A stretch of 64,000 nucleotides of DNA from Vitrella brassicaformis CCMP3155 (taxonomy: Eukaryota; Protista; Chromerida), in contig CDMY01000802.1 of the NCBI GenBank assembly GCA_001179505.1, positions 62,001-126,000 on the forward strand. The letters run 5' to 3'. A program made the position numbers and the translations under genes. Position 1 is the first letter of the stretch, and each line of letters starts with the position of its first letter. Under the pieces are notes generated by a model, which saw nothing but the letters and a program-made list of their open reading frames with translations, had not been told where the DNA came from and made no database searches. This document shows positions 48,101-61,000 of this stretch, in pieces.

Positions 48101-49339
48101 TGTGTCTGCAACTGACACACACACACACACACACACACACACCATGCGAGCAAATGCGTTCAGACTGCCTTTGCGATGATGGACATCGACGGCGACGGCA
48201 GGATATCTGTCGAGGACCTCATGGAAGTCCTCTACCCTGGCAAGAGGTAAGTGCACCCATCTCTCTCTGTGTACGGGTGCTCCTGTACACGGGTATGTAT
48301 GTGCACCTGTGTGGACAGCTCGAGCACAGCCCGTACGGACTTTTGCTGCGGGCTGATCAGGGAAGTCGACAAGTCGCTGAGCGGATACGTCTGTAAGCAA
48401 TGATCCGGCCCAAACAAACAAAGACAAATGGGTGATCGATTTGTGTCCCAATCGATGATCGACCACCAGCTTTTGAGGATTTCCAGGAGTGTCTATCCCA
48501 GCTGACGCCCGACGGCAACGTCAAGCTGATGCCTCACAGACGAAGGGCGTCGCTCGCAAGCCCACTGACAGTATGAATGCAGACCACAGAGGGGAAGAAC
48601 CCAGTGTGTACAAATCCATCCGTGCAGTTGCCGTCATCGCCGACGAGCTACGCGTCGGTAGACTCGCCTCGAAGGAGATGGAGCGTCATGACCGGGGTGA
48701 GTGGTGGGGCCGAGCCGAGAGACATGTGTGCACATCTACGCCAGTGTCATGTCTCTATCTCTCTGTCTGTGTGTTTGTGTGTGTGTGTGTCTGTGTGCAA
48801 TCAGCCTGACAATATACCCACTTCTCCTGGTACCCAAACCACGAAGAACAGACACATGTGTACGTGTCTCTCTCTATGCACACAGCCCGCTCCGAGCGAA
48901 GTGCTAAGCCCAGCCCCGCAGCACCGGCCGCAGCATCGGGGTCGCCCAGCTCGTCCAAGCGCCGCAGAGTCACCGACTCATCAATGGTCATCGGGGCCGT
49001 CATGGCCAACCTCGAGGGACGCTCCAACCCCACCAGCCCATACGTGTCGGAGAGACGAATACCGCCACTCTCGGCTGATGAAATGCTGCCACCGGTAGGC
49101 ACAGGGAGAGAGGCATAGAGAGATGGGGCTAGGCAGTCGGGCGTGTATGTGTGGATGATGCTGTGCAGGTGTCTTCTGTGCAAGGAAAGGGGAGGGCACG
49201 GGAGAGGGAGAGGGAGAGGGAGAGTGTGTCGTCGGTCGGGACGGCTGGGAGTGCGTCGATGGGCCTGCATCCGCACTCGGTCATGATGCCCGTCATCCAC
49301 AAGGGAGACGACACGCCCGATGTCATGTCGACTGACTGA
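45114..49339 (+). CDS. Calcium-dependent protein kinase (CDPK) with N-acylation motif, 4 EF-hands and Ser/Pro-rich C-terminal extension
   Basis: MGC start; ASGAFG, AIK, ELDHPNVLK, HRDIKMEN, DFG, APE, DEWSCG; EF loops DEDDSGLINFSE, DVDGSGTISYTE, DIDGDGRISVED, DKSLSGYVSFED; further in-phase exons to TGA 49339. Confidence 0.92.
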
Positions 49340-49647
49340 TATTTGTCCATGAATGTGCACGACATGGCGGTGGTGTTTGTTGATATGTTTATCGCGGTGG
49401 ATTGTGCGCTGCGTCAGTCTATTTATTTGTTGTTGTTGTTGCCGATTTCTGGTTATTGCGTGATTGTCCCATGTCATGGATATCTTACACGTCAATGTAC
49501 GTTCCCCCCCCTCAAGTCTCAACTCATGGCGGCAACCCACACGTATCACAACGACACACACGTCGCTAGACATCGACACAGTCCTCACGTATGTACAGCT
49601 GGGACAGATCGAGCGGGAAAGAGGAGTAAAATCCGACCACTGGCCGA

Positions 49648-50520
49648 TCACTGCTCCATCAAATGCAGCACCTCTATCTCGTCCGCCATGAAGGCACGCG
49701 ACCCACCCAGCACCGCATCGCCAAGGCGATCCCTCACTCCCGTGTAGCTACCAGGCATAGAGAAGTGGGAGATGTACTGACGGCAGCTGCGGATGTCGGC
49801 AGCAGTCTTGCCGCCATGGTCACGGCAGCCCAACCCCAGCCACAGACACCCACCGATGGACATACTCGCACTATACGCCCTTTCCTGGCTCCCCGCCACC
49901 CACACAGACTGCTGCACTCGTGTGAAATCGATTTTGGTCGGTGTGGCGAAGTGGCCGGCCAGTGAGAAATGCCACATCACTGTGGTACATGCGGCAATCG
50001 TTAGGGCATCGGACAGCAGCAGGCCGGCACTGATGAAGGCGCCGAAGACGTATAGGTCCTTGCGTATGATGAACACCAGGCCGGTCATGTCGCCCATACA
50101 GCGCAGCAGATCGTCATACACTTGTGCCGTCACGCGACGAGCTGACACACACAGCCGGGGCGGCAGGAGGAGGAATGGCCAGTTACTGATGTTGCAGTCA
50201 CATGCATACGTCCGATTCGCACCGATAGAGAAGTTTGAGCCCTCTTTTGCCGTCGATCATATCAAGCAGGGCAATGTAGTGCGAAGGTGTGAGTGACGTG
50301 CCGGCAGGCAGACGGACCTGCACGACACAACCACAAGATGGAATGCGACAATCCACCCACTGCATGCGAATGCAAAGAATGTTCGTGTGTGAGTACCAGG
50401 GCAGCCCTCGTCATCCTGACGATGGCCAACAGGACCCACACCAACACTGAGGCCGACGCGCGCAGCACGGAGCCGCACACGGACACAATGATCGACACGA
50501 GCACGCCGACCAGCGGCAGC
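49648..50520 (-). pseudogene. TLDc gene copy 6, frameshifted
   Basis: After ..GLKLLYR the next exon reads SSRDGTSV* because of one extra G (ggcacaagtGtatgac); TLDc frame resumes YDDLL..FMADEIEVLHLMEQ*. A further local frame distortion is present at YHSDV(W). Confidence 0.65.
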
Positions 50521-50763
50521 ACCCACCTGCACCAAGCATCATCGGTCAAGATACAGCATGGGCATACATGAGTCGATTTTTACGCCTCACCTCTTGACGT
50601 TGGCCCGCACAGAGCCTCCCAGTGCACTGGTCTGCACTATCGCCACACACTCTTGTGCCAAGTAGTTGGGACGCACCGCAGCCTCCTGAGTATTCGCTCT
50701 GATCCATCCAGCAGTCGATGCACACACAAAGAGAGAAGGCAGCACTACGCCAGTGTGATGTCC

Positions 50764-50811
<48 letters not shown>

Positions 50812-51747
50812 CTGTATGCGTGTGAGTACCTGCATGTAGGGCAGCATACAGCACGAAGGCCGTGGGGGCGGTGGCGGATGAGCTCTCCGACGCACTCCAA
50901 ACATCCGGAATGTCCTGCATCAACAATGGCGGCATTGACAGGTCCGGCATGTCCACGTCATTCAGCTCTGAGAGTCTGTGTGCACCATTCATTGCTCACT
51001 CACCGCATGTCTGCACCTGGGTGTGAGTCTGTGTGTGATAGATAACACACGCCGCACTTGGGCACACCACCAGAGAGAGGAACCCGCCGCCATCTCTGCA
51101 GCCAACAACACACGGAAGTCACACGGATGCAGGGGACCATGAATCATGACGCTTCATCTCACCAATTGCCTCTCACATGGGAATGTGCCCTTCCTTCTGC
51201 ACCAGCCGCATTGCAGATCGGTAGCGTACCTCTAGGCCTCCCTGCCGCCCTCACCTTGGCCACGAGTTATCTCTCCACCGCTCGGTGATCACATACGATA
51301 TGGGAGGGCTGGCTCTCTTAGCTCGCCAGGAAGGAAGCGCTAAGGGCGGGCGGAAACGGAGAGAAGCCCCTGAGGAAGGGATCTGAGCTGTCCAAGCAGT
51401 TTGAGCGCAGAGATCTACTGTATGATGGTTGGCCTGGCCGGAGAGACAGACAGTCACTCATCTCTCCCTCTTGTCTCGCTGTTTGTCTATCTGCTGCCTC
51501 TGCATCTGGCTGGACTCAACAAGAAGACTCTCTTGACTCTTTTCCCGTCCACGCGATGGCCCATCACTCCATGTGTGCTGCTGCACTGCTGATGATGACT
51601 CTCAGCTTGGCCTTCATTGACACGCAGGCACAGCATCCCGAGGTGCGCAAAGTCAACACAACCACACCGCACACAAACACGCTCTTGTCTGTCTGAGATG
51701 ATCTGCTATGTGTCTGTGGGTGGTGGTGTTTCCGTCAGGTTGAGGCG

Positions 51748-53287
51748 ATGAAGTCGGCTCGAGGGGCTGACGGCGCACTGATGTCTGGTCGGCTGAATGG
51801 AGGTCCGTTGAGTGGCAATCACACGCCGGTGGGCAGCGCCACCCACGGCACGAGCGGCCCGCGGATGTTCAAGGAGATGACATTCGACAACGGGGCTGTC
51901 TACAAGGGACAGTGGCTCGCTGACCCAAACGTGATGCCGATACACGCACGCACACGCCATGCGTGACTGCTTCTCTCTCTCTCCGTGTGTGTGTGTCGTG
52001 TTGTTGGTTCCTTCAGGGTGACCTTCGCGATGGTTTTGGTGTCCAGACGTGGGCTGACGGGGCCATGTACGAAGGGCAGTGGGTCAACGACAAGAGACAG
52101 GGATACGGCAAACTCGTTGAAGGTAGGCAACTCACACGCAGGGCAGGGCACACAAGTAGAAAACGTTCCTTCCCACAGCCGACCCGACCTCTCCCTGCCG
52201 TTGTGTTGTTTGGTGGGTCTGTCTGCTGGTTAAATCGCTCAGCTGATGGTGACGTGTATGAGGGGGAGTGGTTTGAAGACAAGGCACACGGATACGGGCT
52301 CTACCAACGCGCAGACGGATGCAAGTATGTATGTCATGTGAAGTACACAAAACACCTGCACTATTTATGGCTGACTGATGCGTCGCCTCCCTGTCTGGTC
52401 TGATGGGGGGATCTTACTGCAAGTACGAGGGTCAGTGGCAATCGGACAAGCAGCACGGGAGAGGCGTTGAGGAGTGGCCAGACGGCGCCAAGTACCAGGG
52501 GCAGTACTCACACGGAAGGAAACACGGAGAGGGCACCTTCACGTGGGCAGACGTGAGCAAGACACGCACACGCACACGCACAAGACAGCCAGCAATTGAC
52601 CATCCCTCCCTGCTCTGTGTGTTGGTGTGTCCTCTGTGTCCCTTAGGGTTCTGTGTATGACGGCGGCTTCTACGACGACGACATTGAGGGTTGGGGCGTG
52701 TACAAGTGGTCTGACGGTCGCAAGTACGACGGCCAGTGGAAGAAGAACCGCCTGCACGGCGAGGGCACCTTCACGTGGCCCGACGGCAGATCTTACTCGG
52801 GACAGTACGAAAACGACCAAAAGGAGGGAATCGTAAGCAGCCAACCAATGACATACGTGTACATCACGGCCGGCCAGTGCGACCGGACCACCTCTCTTAT
52901 GTTGCCTGCCTGCCTGCCTGCCTGGCTGCCTGCCTCAGGGTACATTCACATGGCCGAGTGGCAGCAAGTACGTGGGGGGATGGCGCAACGGCAAGCAGCA
53001 CGGGAGAGGGATCTACACCACAGGTACATATGAAATGGACAAGAGAGAGGACACACGAGAGCGGCCGTCACTCAGGTTTTCCTCTCCCTTCCTGTTGCTG
53101 TGCAGCCAAGGGCGAGAGGCGTGTGGGCGAGTGGGCCGAGGGTCGGAGGGTCAGGTGGTGCAAAGACGAGGACCCCGACCGCGTGCAGGGTCCTCGGGAC
53201 TGTCCAGGGAGGGGCGGGACTGTCCATCCATCTGTCCTGTTGTGTCTCTCGTCACTCATTTTCTCCGTCTTCTATCGCATGATGTGA
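51748..53287 (+). CDS. MORN-repeat protein (about 9-10 repeats; 5' end may extend upstream)
   Basis: Repeated YEGQW..D..HG.G..TW.DG units (e.g. [43 protein letters not shown]). Ends ..FYRMM* inside a repeat. Confidence 0.88.
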
Positions 53288-53562
53288 GCCGTTTTGTTCG
53301 TCGCTCTCGTGAGGCCATCGTGTGGTGTGGGCATGCTGTGAGGCGGTCAACCGGGCCTGCCTGTCGATTCCCTGTGATGTATACGGCCTCTCTGTCTGAC
53401 GTTTTCCTGTCAAATATCGTGTATGTGTCTGTCGCCTAACGAGCCAACGAAGCGGTAAGGGGCTGGTGTAGAGGGCTTGCTGCAGCATGTGGATATCGTA
53501 ACGTGTGTGGTGTATCCGTGCTCGTGGGTTTATCGACCATGTCCTGAGCTGCGTGGACACAC
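53272..53562 (+). repeat. Dispersed repeat R, copy overlapping the MORN gene end
   Basis: CTATCGCATGATGTGA..GGCGGTCAACCGGGCCTGCCTGTCGATTCCCTGTGA. Confidence 0.8.
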
Positions 53563-53647
53563 TTCAAGCATGCAGACCAGGAAGAATTGATCAATCAATC
53601 AATCGTCCATCCACACGGCACATATTGCAATCACGTGGGTTCCACCT

Positions 53648-53744
53648 CACAGACAGACAGACAGACAGACACTATCAGCCAGACAGCGGCTGCCTGTCTG
53701 TGCCGCTGTCTGTCTGACAGTGTCTGTCTGTCTGTCTGTCTGTG
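53648..53744. repeat. 43-bp-arm inverted repeat (hairpin), 2 mismatches, 11-nt loop
   Basis: cacagacag..cactatcagccagacagcggc pairs with gccgctgtctgtctgacagtg..ctgtg. Confidence 0.8.
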
Positions 53745-54551
53745 GATGAATGGCATCGAAAGAATGGACCATAACAGACATCGAAAGAACGGGTTGGCCA
53801 TCAGCTTATCTCCTGCTGACTGTGGTGCTTGTGCGATCAGCCTTTATTTCATAAGGTCGCACACACAGCAAGGCCTCCAGGTATGTATCTTCCTTCATCA
53901 ATCACTCACTGACGACATCTCACGTTTGGTGAGACACACACACGCAGACGCGGAAAAAAAAAGATGACACCGACTGCTCTCATGCATCAGGGGCTGGGCG
54001 GTTGACAAGAAGGCATTACACCTACCTCATAAACATCGGCCGGGGAAGAAGAGACACTGAACCTCGTGAGCCTGTCCCAGACAGCTGTAGCCATTCTGGC
54101 TATCTCCTGGCAGAAACAGTCGCTCACTGACGAGGGAATTGGTCATCGACACGCACAGACACGCCAAAAACGAATCCCACCGACCGCACTCGTCAATCAG
54201 TCATTGCGGTTGGTTGACAAAAACACCACGTCGCGTCACGCACACGCACACGTATTACTCATCCAGACACCGACGAACCCCACAGTCACATGATTGTCGG
54301 CGGCAGCCACACTCGATGGATGCATCATCGACAAAACTTCTCCCCCGCCCCCCCTCATGCATTCGAATCATACGTCCAAGTAACTAACTTGGATGTGTCG
54401 ATCCATCCATCGGTCTCTCTGGAAAAAATACGTCCACCAGCATCGCATACACTCGACAGAGGAAAACACTTACACAAAACACACACACGGACACACAAAA
54501 CACACTCTCACGGACACGGACGGCATACACGAGGCCAGCAAACGCATTTCT

Positions 54552-57500
54552 TCATGCAGACACGCCAGAAGGTCGACTCATCGTGACTGTCACTTTGTCG
54601 TTGGCAGTGGTGACGGTGGCAGCGGTGACGGAGATGGAAAATCTCTGTCCTGCCCCCTCCCCCTGCTCCCGCAGATGAGTGTACACCTGAGTGCTAGACG
54701 AGAAAAATTCCATGACAAACGTGACGCGCTGCAAAAGCGGGCAGCTGTCCAAGGCCGTCGCCATACTCTCTAGCATTGAAGTGCAAAAGGTGGCGATGTG
54801 TGGGATGGTTGGAGCGCCGATAAAGGTGACATGCAGCTGCCGCACTCTCTTCTCCATGACCTCTCTGACCTCTCTGCCCTTGTCGCCATCCCCATACAGA
54901 CGCCACTGAGCGATATCGAGGCCATCACCGGATCTCACTCTCAACACGAGGCTCGAGTGTAGGGTCAGTGGTTTGCCTTCGGGTGCCAAAAAGGCAGCCC
55001 CCGGCGGCACTACGCACAGCGTACCATTCGGGGTCACGTCAGCCACGGCCTCAAAAGTGGCTGTCTCGAGTGCAGGCAGAGCACCCAGCACCTTCCCCAC
55101 GCCACGCCCATACAGCGCCTCGCCTGTCTGCCTTTCGTGGACAACGACCGACTCGACAGATGGAAAAAACGAGGCAGGATCGGACACGATAGACGCGGGC
55201 AGACGCTCGGTATCGATACCGGGCCTGGGGAACCTGACCTGGGGCGGGAGACGATCTTCAACGTACAGCTCCTTCGCCGTGCTGCACGCAAGCGCCCCCG
55301 CCGGCAGCGTGGCATCGTCCATCAGACCCCGCCCCTGTGGCCGCAGGACCACCGCGTCAGCCTGCGCGCAGAGGACCTGCGCGGTCGACAGGCATGCGGT
55401 CAGTCGGCTGCGGACGCCCGATCTGGTCTCTTGTGGGCCGAGGACGGTCTCGCTCGCCAATGGGAGGCACAGGCAGAGCCTCTTGTCATTGCGGGGGATG
55501 GTGGGGATGAGCCTCAGGGGGTCGATGCTGTAGTACGTCTCCTCCGCAGTGGGGGCCAGACATCTCGTCCGAAAGTGATGCAGTGCCTGTTTGGTATCGG
55601 ACGCATCACAGAGTCTCATTGAGGGTTTGGCCGATGCTTGACAGCTTCTCTTTGTGGTTGTGTGTGTACCTCGATGCAACTGAGTTCGTTCTCATTCCTT
55701 AGCATCAGTTCAATCTTCTGCAGGCGGCTCCCGTTGAGTGCTCGGATGAATCGCGGGAGCCTGTCCGGCCGAGGCGTGAGAAGACCCGTCAGGGACGTGA
55801 GCGTCGCGGCTGATCATGAGAAAAAGAGAAAAACCGTCAGTTGGGCCTTTCTGACAAGTCCTGTCTGTCTGTCTGTTTATCTGTCTGTCTGTTTGTCTGT
55901 CTGTCTGTCGATCTGTCATAGCACCCCTCACCTGACTGCGTCGGGGTGCTGATCAGCGAGCTTGCCACCTCATTGAGGTCCATAGTTTCCACACGCTGCT
56001 CCTGCAAACACACACACACGCGTCATCTGGTCGTCACATCTGTGTGTGTCCTTAGCGCACCTCTCCGACGATGTGGATGGATGTGAGGCCCACTGAGGCC
56101 CGTCCGATCCATTTTAACGGAGCCGACGTACTACTCATTGTCAAGTGTGAGAGGGCGGGAAACTGGTAGTTGCGCAGGTCCGGTTCGATGCCCCACGAGT
56201 CTCCACGGACGCTCACCTTCCGCAGGTGGGGGAACACGATCGGCTTCTGGACAGATACAAAGTGCATCGATATATGTTGTGTGCTGTTCTTCCCTCGTGC
56301 GTCCATTCCATGCCTGTACCTTCTTTTCCACCTCCTTTTTTCTTTCCTCTGGTACCACTGGCATCTGCCACACACACACACACCGATAGAATCATGCTCT
56401 CCTGCTTGCCTCGGGTGTGTCTGCCTGTTACCTTGTCTGCCATCTTGTTTCCACCGACGGCCTCGGAGGTGGCCTTCCTCCTCATGGGGGGTGGGGCCAG
56501 CAGCCTGCGGGGTGCCTGCCACTGGCCCCGGAGGTCGATTGTCTGGACGGTCGGCGCAGTGGCCTCGAGCACCTGGAGGAGCGATGCCGTCGGCCCGCGG
56601 TCCACAACCAACGTATGGCACATCGACAACCGACCTGATGCGCACCCACACACACACACAGATGTGTCGTGTCGGTTCGTGTATTTGGTGGCTTGTTGCC
56701 CATTTCTTACCTGTCCATCTGGCAGCGATGCTTGGCTTTGGGCTGCGGTTGAGCTGGACGATTGGGTGCATGGCCGGCTGCTCCGTGAGAGAGCGAAAGT
56801 GGGTGCTCACGCGAAGGATGGACTCGATTGAGGGAATGAAGCCCAGGAAGCAGCCAATGCCGATGCGCCGCTCGTCGCTCATCCAGAGGACCTCAGGCAC
56901 ATTCTCCAAAAGCGAATACTCAACCTGACAGACAGACAGCAACAACAGCATTGCAACCTCTCTTCAACACGTGATCGGCTTGCTAACCTGCTCATCTCTG
57001 CCGACATTGGCCATCTTGCCTTCGATCATGGCGACCTTGCTGGCCATCTGCACCCGCAAAACCTCCATCCGCCGCTCAGCTTCCGTTTCCTGGAGTTGCG
57101 GCTGAGTCTCTAGCCGGACCATCGACTGCAGCACACGCAGGTGTTGGTCGACGTCCTGACAACACAAGGCAATAATTAATAAGGGTCAGATATTTGCTTC
57201 AGTTTGTGTTGGTGCGTGTTGGCCTCCTCACCTGCACTCGGTTTTGCTGTGCATCTGTTTGGGGCGGCGGCAGGGCATCCCTCACTGCGAACAAATGCTG
57301 TGCCTGAGCAGTCCAGGTGCCAGACACAGACACAGACACAGACAGGCGGTCGCTGTGTCACGGACGGGTGGGTGGGTGGATGCATACATACATGTGTGAA
57401 TCGTTCACCTTTGCCTCTGCCTCCTCGACGCGTGCCAGCTGCCTCTGTAGCTTGGCCTTGACGGCGCTGAGGACCGACAAGACGGCGGTGTCACCATGCC

Positions 57501-57933
57501 CACCCTGATTGATTGCATTACACAAACCCATCCGTCCCGTCCCGTCCCCACTTCATCAAATGTCTTTTGTCTTTCCCCCCACCTGCATGTCGATGTCATC
57601 TTCCACACCCATGGGCGTGCCAGCGTCACTGTCCTCCGTCCTGCCCTGGCCACCAGCCATCGCCGCAGCTGCCGCGCCACTGACACCATGCTGCGTGCTG
57701 CCCACTCGCTGTTTCTTGCTGACCCCCGCTGCTGCGTCTATGGATGTGCGTCTGCATCCTCCACCTGCACCACGGGCACCGCTGCTGCTGCTGCTTGCTG
57801 CCTCCTGCTGCTCAGCTGGCACTTCTTCGTCTTCTTCTCTTGTGCGTTTGTTGCGAGAGGGAGGGGCGGATGCTGAGGCACTCTGGGGGGGCGTGGCGTC
57901 CATGTCTGGACGGCTGGAAGGTGGGCCGTCCAT
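54552..57933 (-). CDS. Lineage-specific protein: low-complexity N-terminus, coiled coil, F-box-like motif, LRR-like body
   Basis: MDGPPSSRP.. / coiled coil (LQRQLARVEEAEAK, MEVLRVQMASKV) / LLENVPEVLW..IGCFLG..LRVSTHFRSL / FPHLRKVSV, FPALSHLTM, LTSLTGL, CPLLQRVTF; stop at 54552. Confidence 0.65.
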
Positions 57934-58015
57934 CGGTTAGAGAAGGGAGAATTTATGGCGGTTGTGATCCAAAAGGTGATCTAAGAATCCAATTGGATCC
58001 GGGGAAATCTCGGGA

Positions 58016-61000
58016 ATGGAGACCCATTATGTCGTTTGGCTGACTGTGGCGGGGGTCTGCTGCCTCATCTCAGGTATTCTGCACCCACATAAGCCAATGA
58101 GTCTTCGCTTCTGTTGTCATGCAGGCGCCGCTGAGTCGTTTGACCCTCTCGCGTTTTTCCATGACCCGCTGAGCAACCGGTGTGCCATTCAACATGATAC
58201 CTACGTGTACATTTCATCCCTGACGTTGCCAATGCATGCAGCTTCTGTTCCAACACGCTGACGACATACAGCGGCATCGAGACGGCCGAGGGATGCGCTG
58301 AACAGTGAGTGAGAGATGCATGACAGCAACAGCGCATGTGTCTATCGTGTATGTCACGCTGAGTGTGTATACATGCAGGTGTCTCGCGATTGCAGCATGC
58401 ACGTGTTTCGACTTCAAGTACCCTTACAGGTCGGTCGGTGGGACATACAAAAAGAACGGCCTCTCTGAGGCTCTCTCCTTGTATGTCTGTGTGTCTATTT
58501 AGTTCCTTCACGTGTCGCATCTCGCGAGAGAATGTCACTGGGATGAGCGGAGTGGGCTTTCAGGCATACACACGCAGAGGTCACACCAACACTGCCTGTT
58601 CACACCAATACTGGCTATCGCACTTTGCAATTGTCCAGATCCGTTCCTCACATTTGAGCGGCGCATCATCGATGCCCGCATCGGTGTTTACCGCGTTGAG
58701 TACGTCTTCAGCACTCAGGAAGAGTGTGCAAGAAGGTGCGCGTGGACACTGACAAATCGACGTGTGCCATTCGCTCTCTTTTTTGTGGGGTGCCTGGTGT
58801 GCGTGTAGATGTGAGGGTTTGGCCGACTGCTATGCCTTCTCTGTCATTTTAGCTGTAAGGACTGTGGGCGTATGTCTGTGTGTGTGTGCATCGTGCACAG
58901 GCACTCACATAGGGATGTGTGTGCAGACGCTCACAAACCAGTGGACGTGCCATCTGGGCAAACCATTTGCAGTACGTGGCATGCACAATCTGTCTACACA
59001 CACACACACGTCGAGAGCTGTGTGTTGTGTCCACTAGATATACTACAACAAAGTGCTGACGGAGCTCTGGCCGCAGTATGTTTACATCAGGAAAGGTACA
59101 CACACACACATAAGTGACATACACTCTGGCCTGCACGTGTGTGTATGTATCTGCATCAGGCCTCTCCCTCCTCGTGTCGAACTTCGTCAACCCCTACCTC
59201 TTCTCGCAAAATGAGCAGTGTACAAACACAGCACTCGGGTGTACATGTGGTGTGTTTGCTTCCTTTGGACTACGAATGCGTGTGTGTGTGTGTGTTTGTG
59301 TGCGTGTGCGTTCGCAGGTGAGGCAGACACCTTCACTGTCTCCGACGCATCGACGCCTCTGCTATGTGCCGAGAGGTGTGAATCCCACACAGCCCATAGA
59401 CACGGGATGGGTGTGCGTGTCCACAGGTGTCTCTCATCTGACGGCTGTTACTGCTTTGATTTCTCCTACGCGACGCTCGAATGCCGCACACACGAGACCA
59501 TGTACGAGGGGTCGAGATGTGTATCCGCTTCATCGTGTACATATTGTGTATGCACGGATGTTTGTGTCCAGTGCTGGCATGGTCAGAGGCGCCACACTGG
59601 CGGTGGATGTCTCTTTGCAGGCGGACGCATTTCTGCGCATTGGTAGGCACTGAGTCGTGTGATGGATTATATTCAGGCGCATGTGTTGTCATGCATGCAC
59701 GCACGTGTGTTTGCAGACAACACGCCCCCCAATGTATCTCTCGCCCTTCTGGAGCCTTCAAGCACACAAAACACAATCATCGGTATCTTCCGGCCCACCA
59801 GACCACAAAGTACACGCCGCGTGTGTGGCCTGGCCTGTCTCCGTAGGTCCGCTGTTCCAGCTGTCAGTCACCTTCTCTCATCGCATAACCGATGGCGACC
59901 GCATTTTCGATGCCCTCCTGCTCGGCAACTGCATTGTGCAGGACATCTCTGGGGAGCACACGTATTTCAGTGTCACGCTGAGGGCACTGTCTCTCGGCTA
60001 TGTGACCATACGCATACGGGAAGGTACGTCTGTGCCCTTGCGCGCATGTGTGGATGCATCCAGAAGTGCGATTGCTTTGCTGTGTGTGTGTGTATGCAGG
60101 TGTGATATCGAGTGCTGTTGACGACTGCAATGGCTGTGTTCGCAACAGAGAATCCAACACAGTGGATCTCTTCAATGGTGTGTATGTGCACGTCTCGATG
60201 TGTGTCCTCCCCTCCCCCCCACTATATGTGTGTGTGTCCTAACGCGCTCAGCTCAGGAGTGTGTGGGTGACCTTTCTGTCAGCAAGTCGGCCACACACAG
60301 CGGACAGACGACTGCTACCCTCACACAAAACACGTACATACAAACAAACACGCGCACACATTTCTTAAGATGCAAACACGCCCCCACACGCACAAGTATT
60401 CAATTCTCTCTCTCTGTGTGCAGCGACCTAATCTTCCCTCTGTCATATTGCAACCCTTCTCGCGTGTCTGTCTCGTTCCTCGTGGACAATCTGGCGGTAC
60501 CAGCGACGATTGTGTACCAGGTGCGCGTGTGTGCAATGATACAGACGCACACAGGAACACCACATCTGCAGCAGTGTGTGTGTGTGGGTGTGTGCACACA
60601 CAGGATGCGCCAATGAAATCGGCTTCCTTTGTCACACACACAAGTGGAGATGGAGACACATCAGAATGGCAGTGGTAAGGCGCGCACATAGCCGTGCATA
60701 CCGATCGGTCTGGTGGATGTATGTGTGAGTACGCAGGACGACCCCTGTGAGCGTGACGCTCGATCCAGAGAGAGACCAACAGACGATCGGCATCAGGTAT
60801 AGGTGCACAGACAGAGAGACATGTGGATGCGTCCACGTGTGCACACTCACAGGTATGAAGGGAGTGAATCGCTGCGCGTCAAGGCCGTCAGGCTCTTCTC
60901 CATGTTTGACCGCATCCAAAGTAATGAGACACACACCACACCTCCCTGACGCGCAGACACATGCAGGGGCGCACACACAGGATCGACCAAGCCGTGTGCT

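Noticed and set aside
48755-49651. 298-aa minus-strand ORF
   Set aside because: Antisense shadow of the CDPK tail exons plus simple repeats; splice signals favour the plus strand.
50546-50992. Putative extra upstream exons of TLDc copy 6
   Set aside because: The phase-consistent join hits a stop; cannot be attached with confidence.
53953-53962. A9 run as possible retroposon tail of repeat R
   Set aside because: About 400 nt from the recognisable end of R and absent from other copies.
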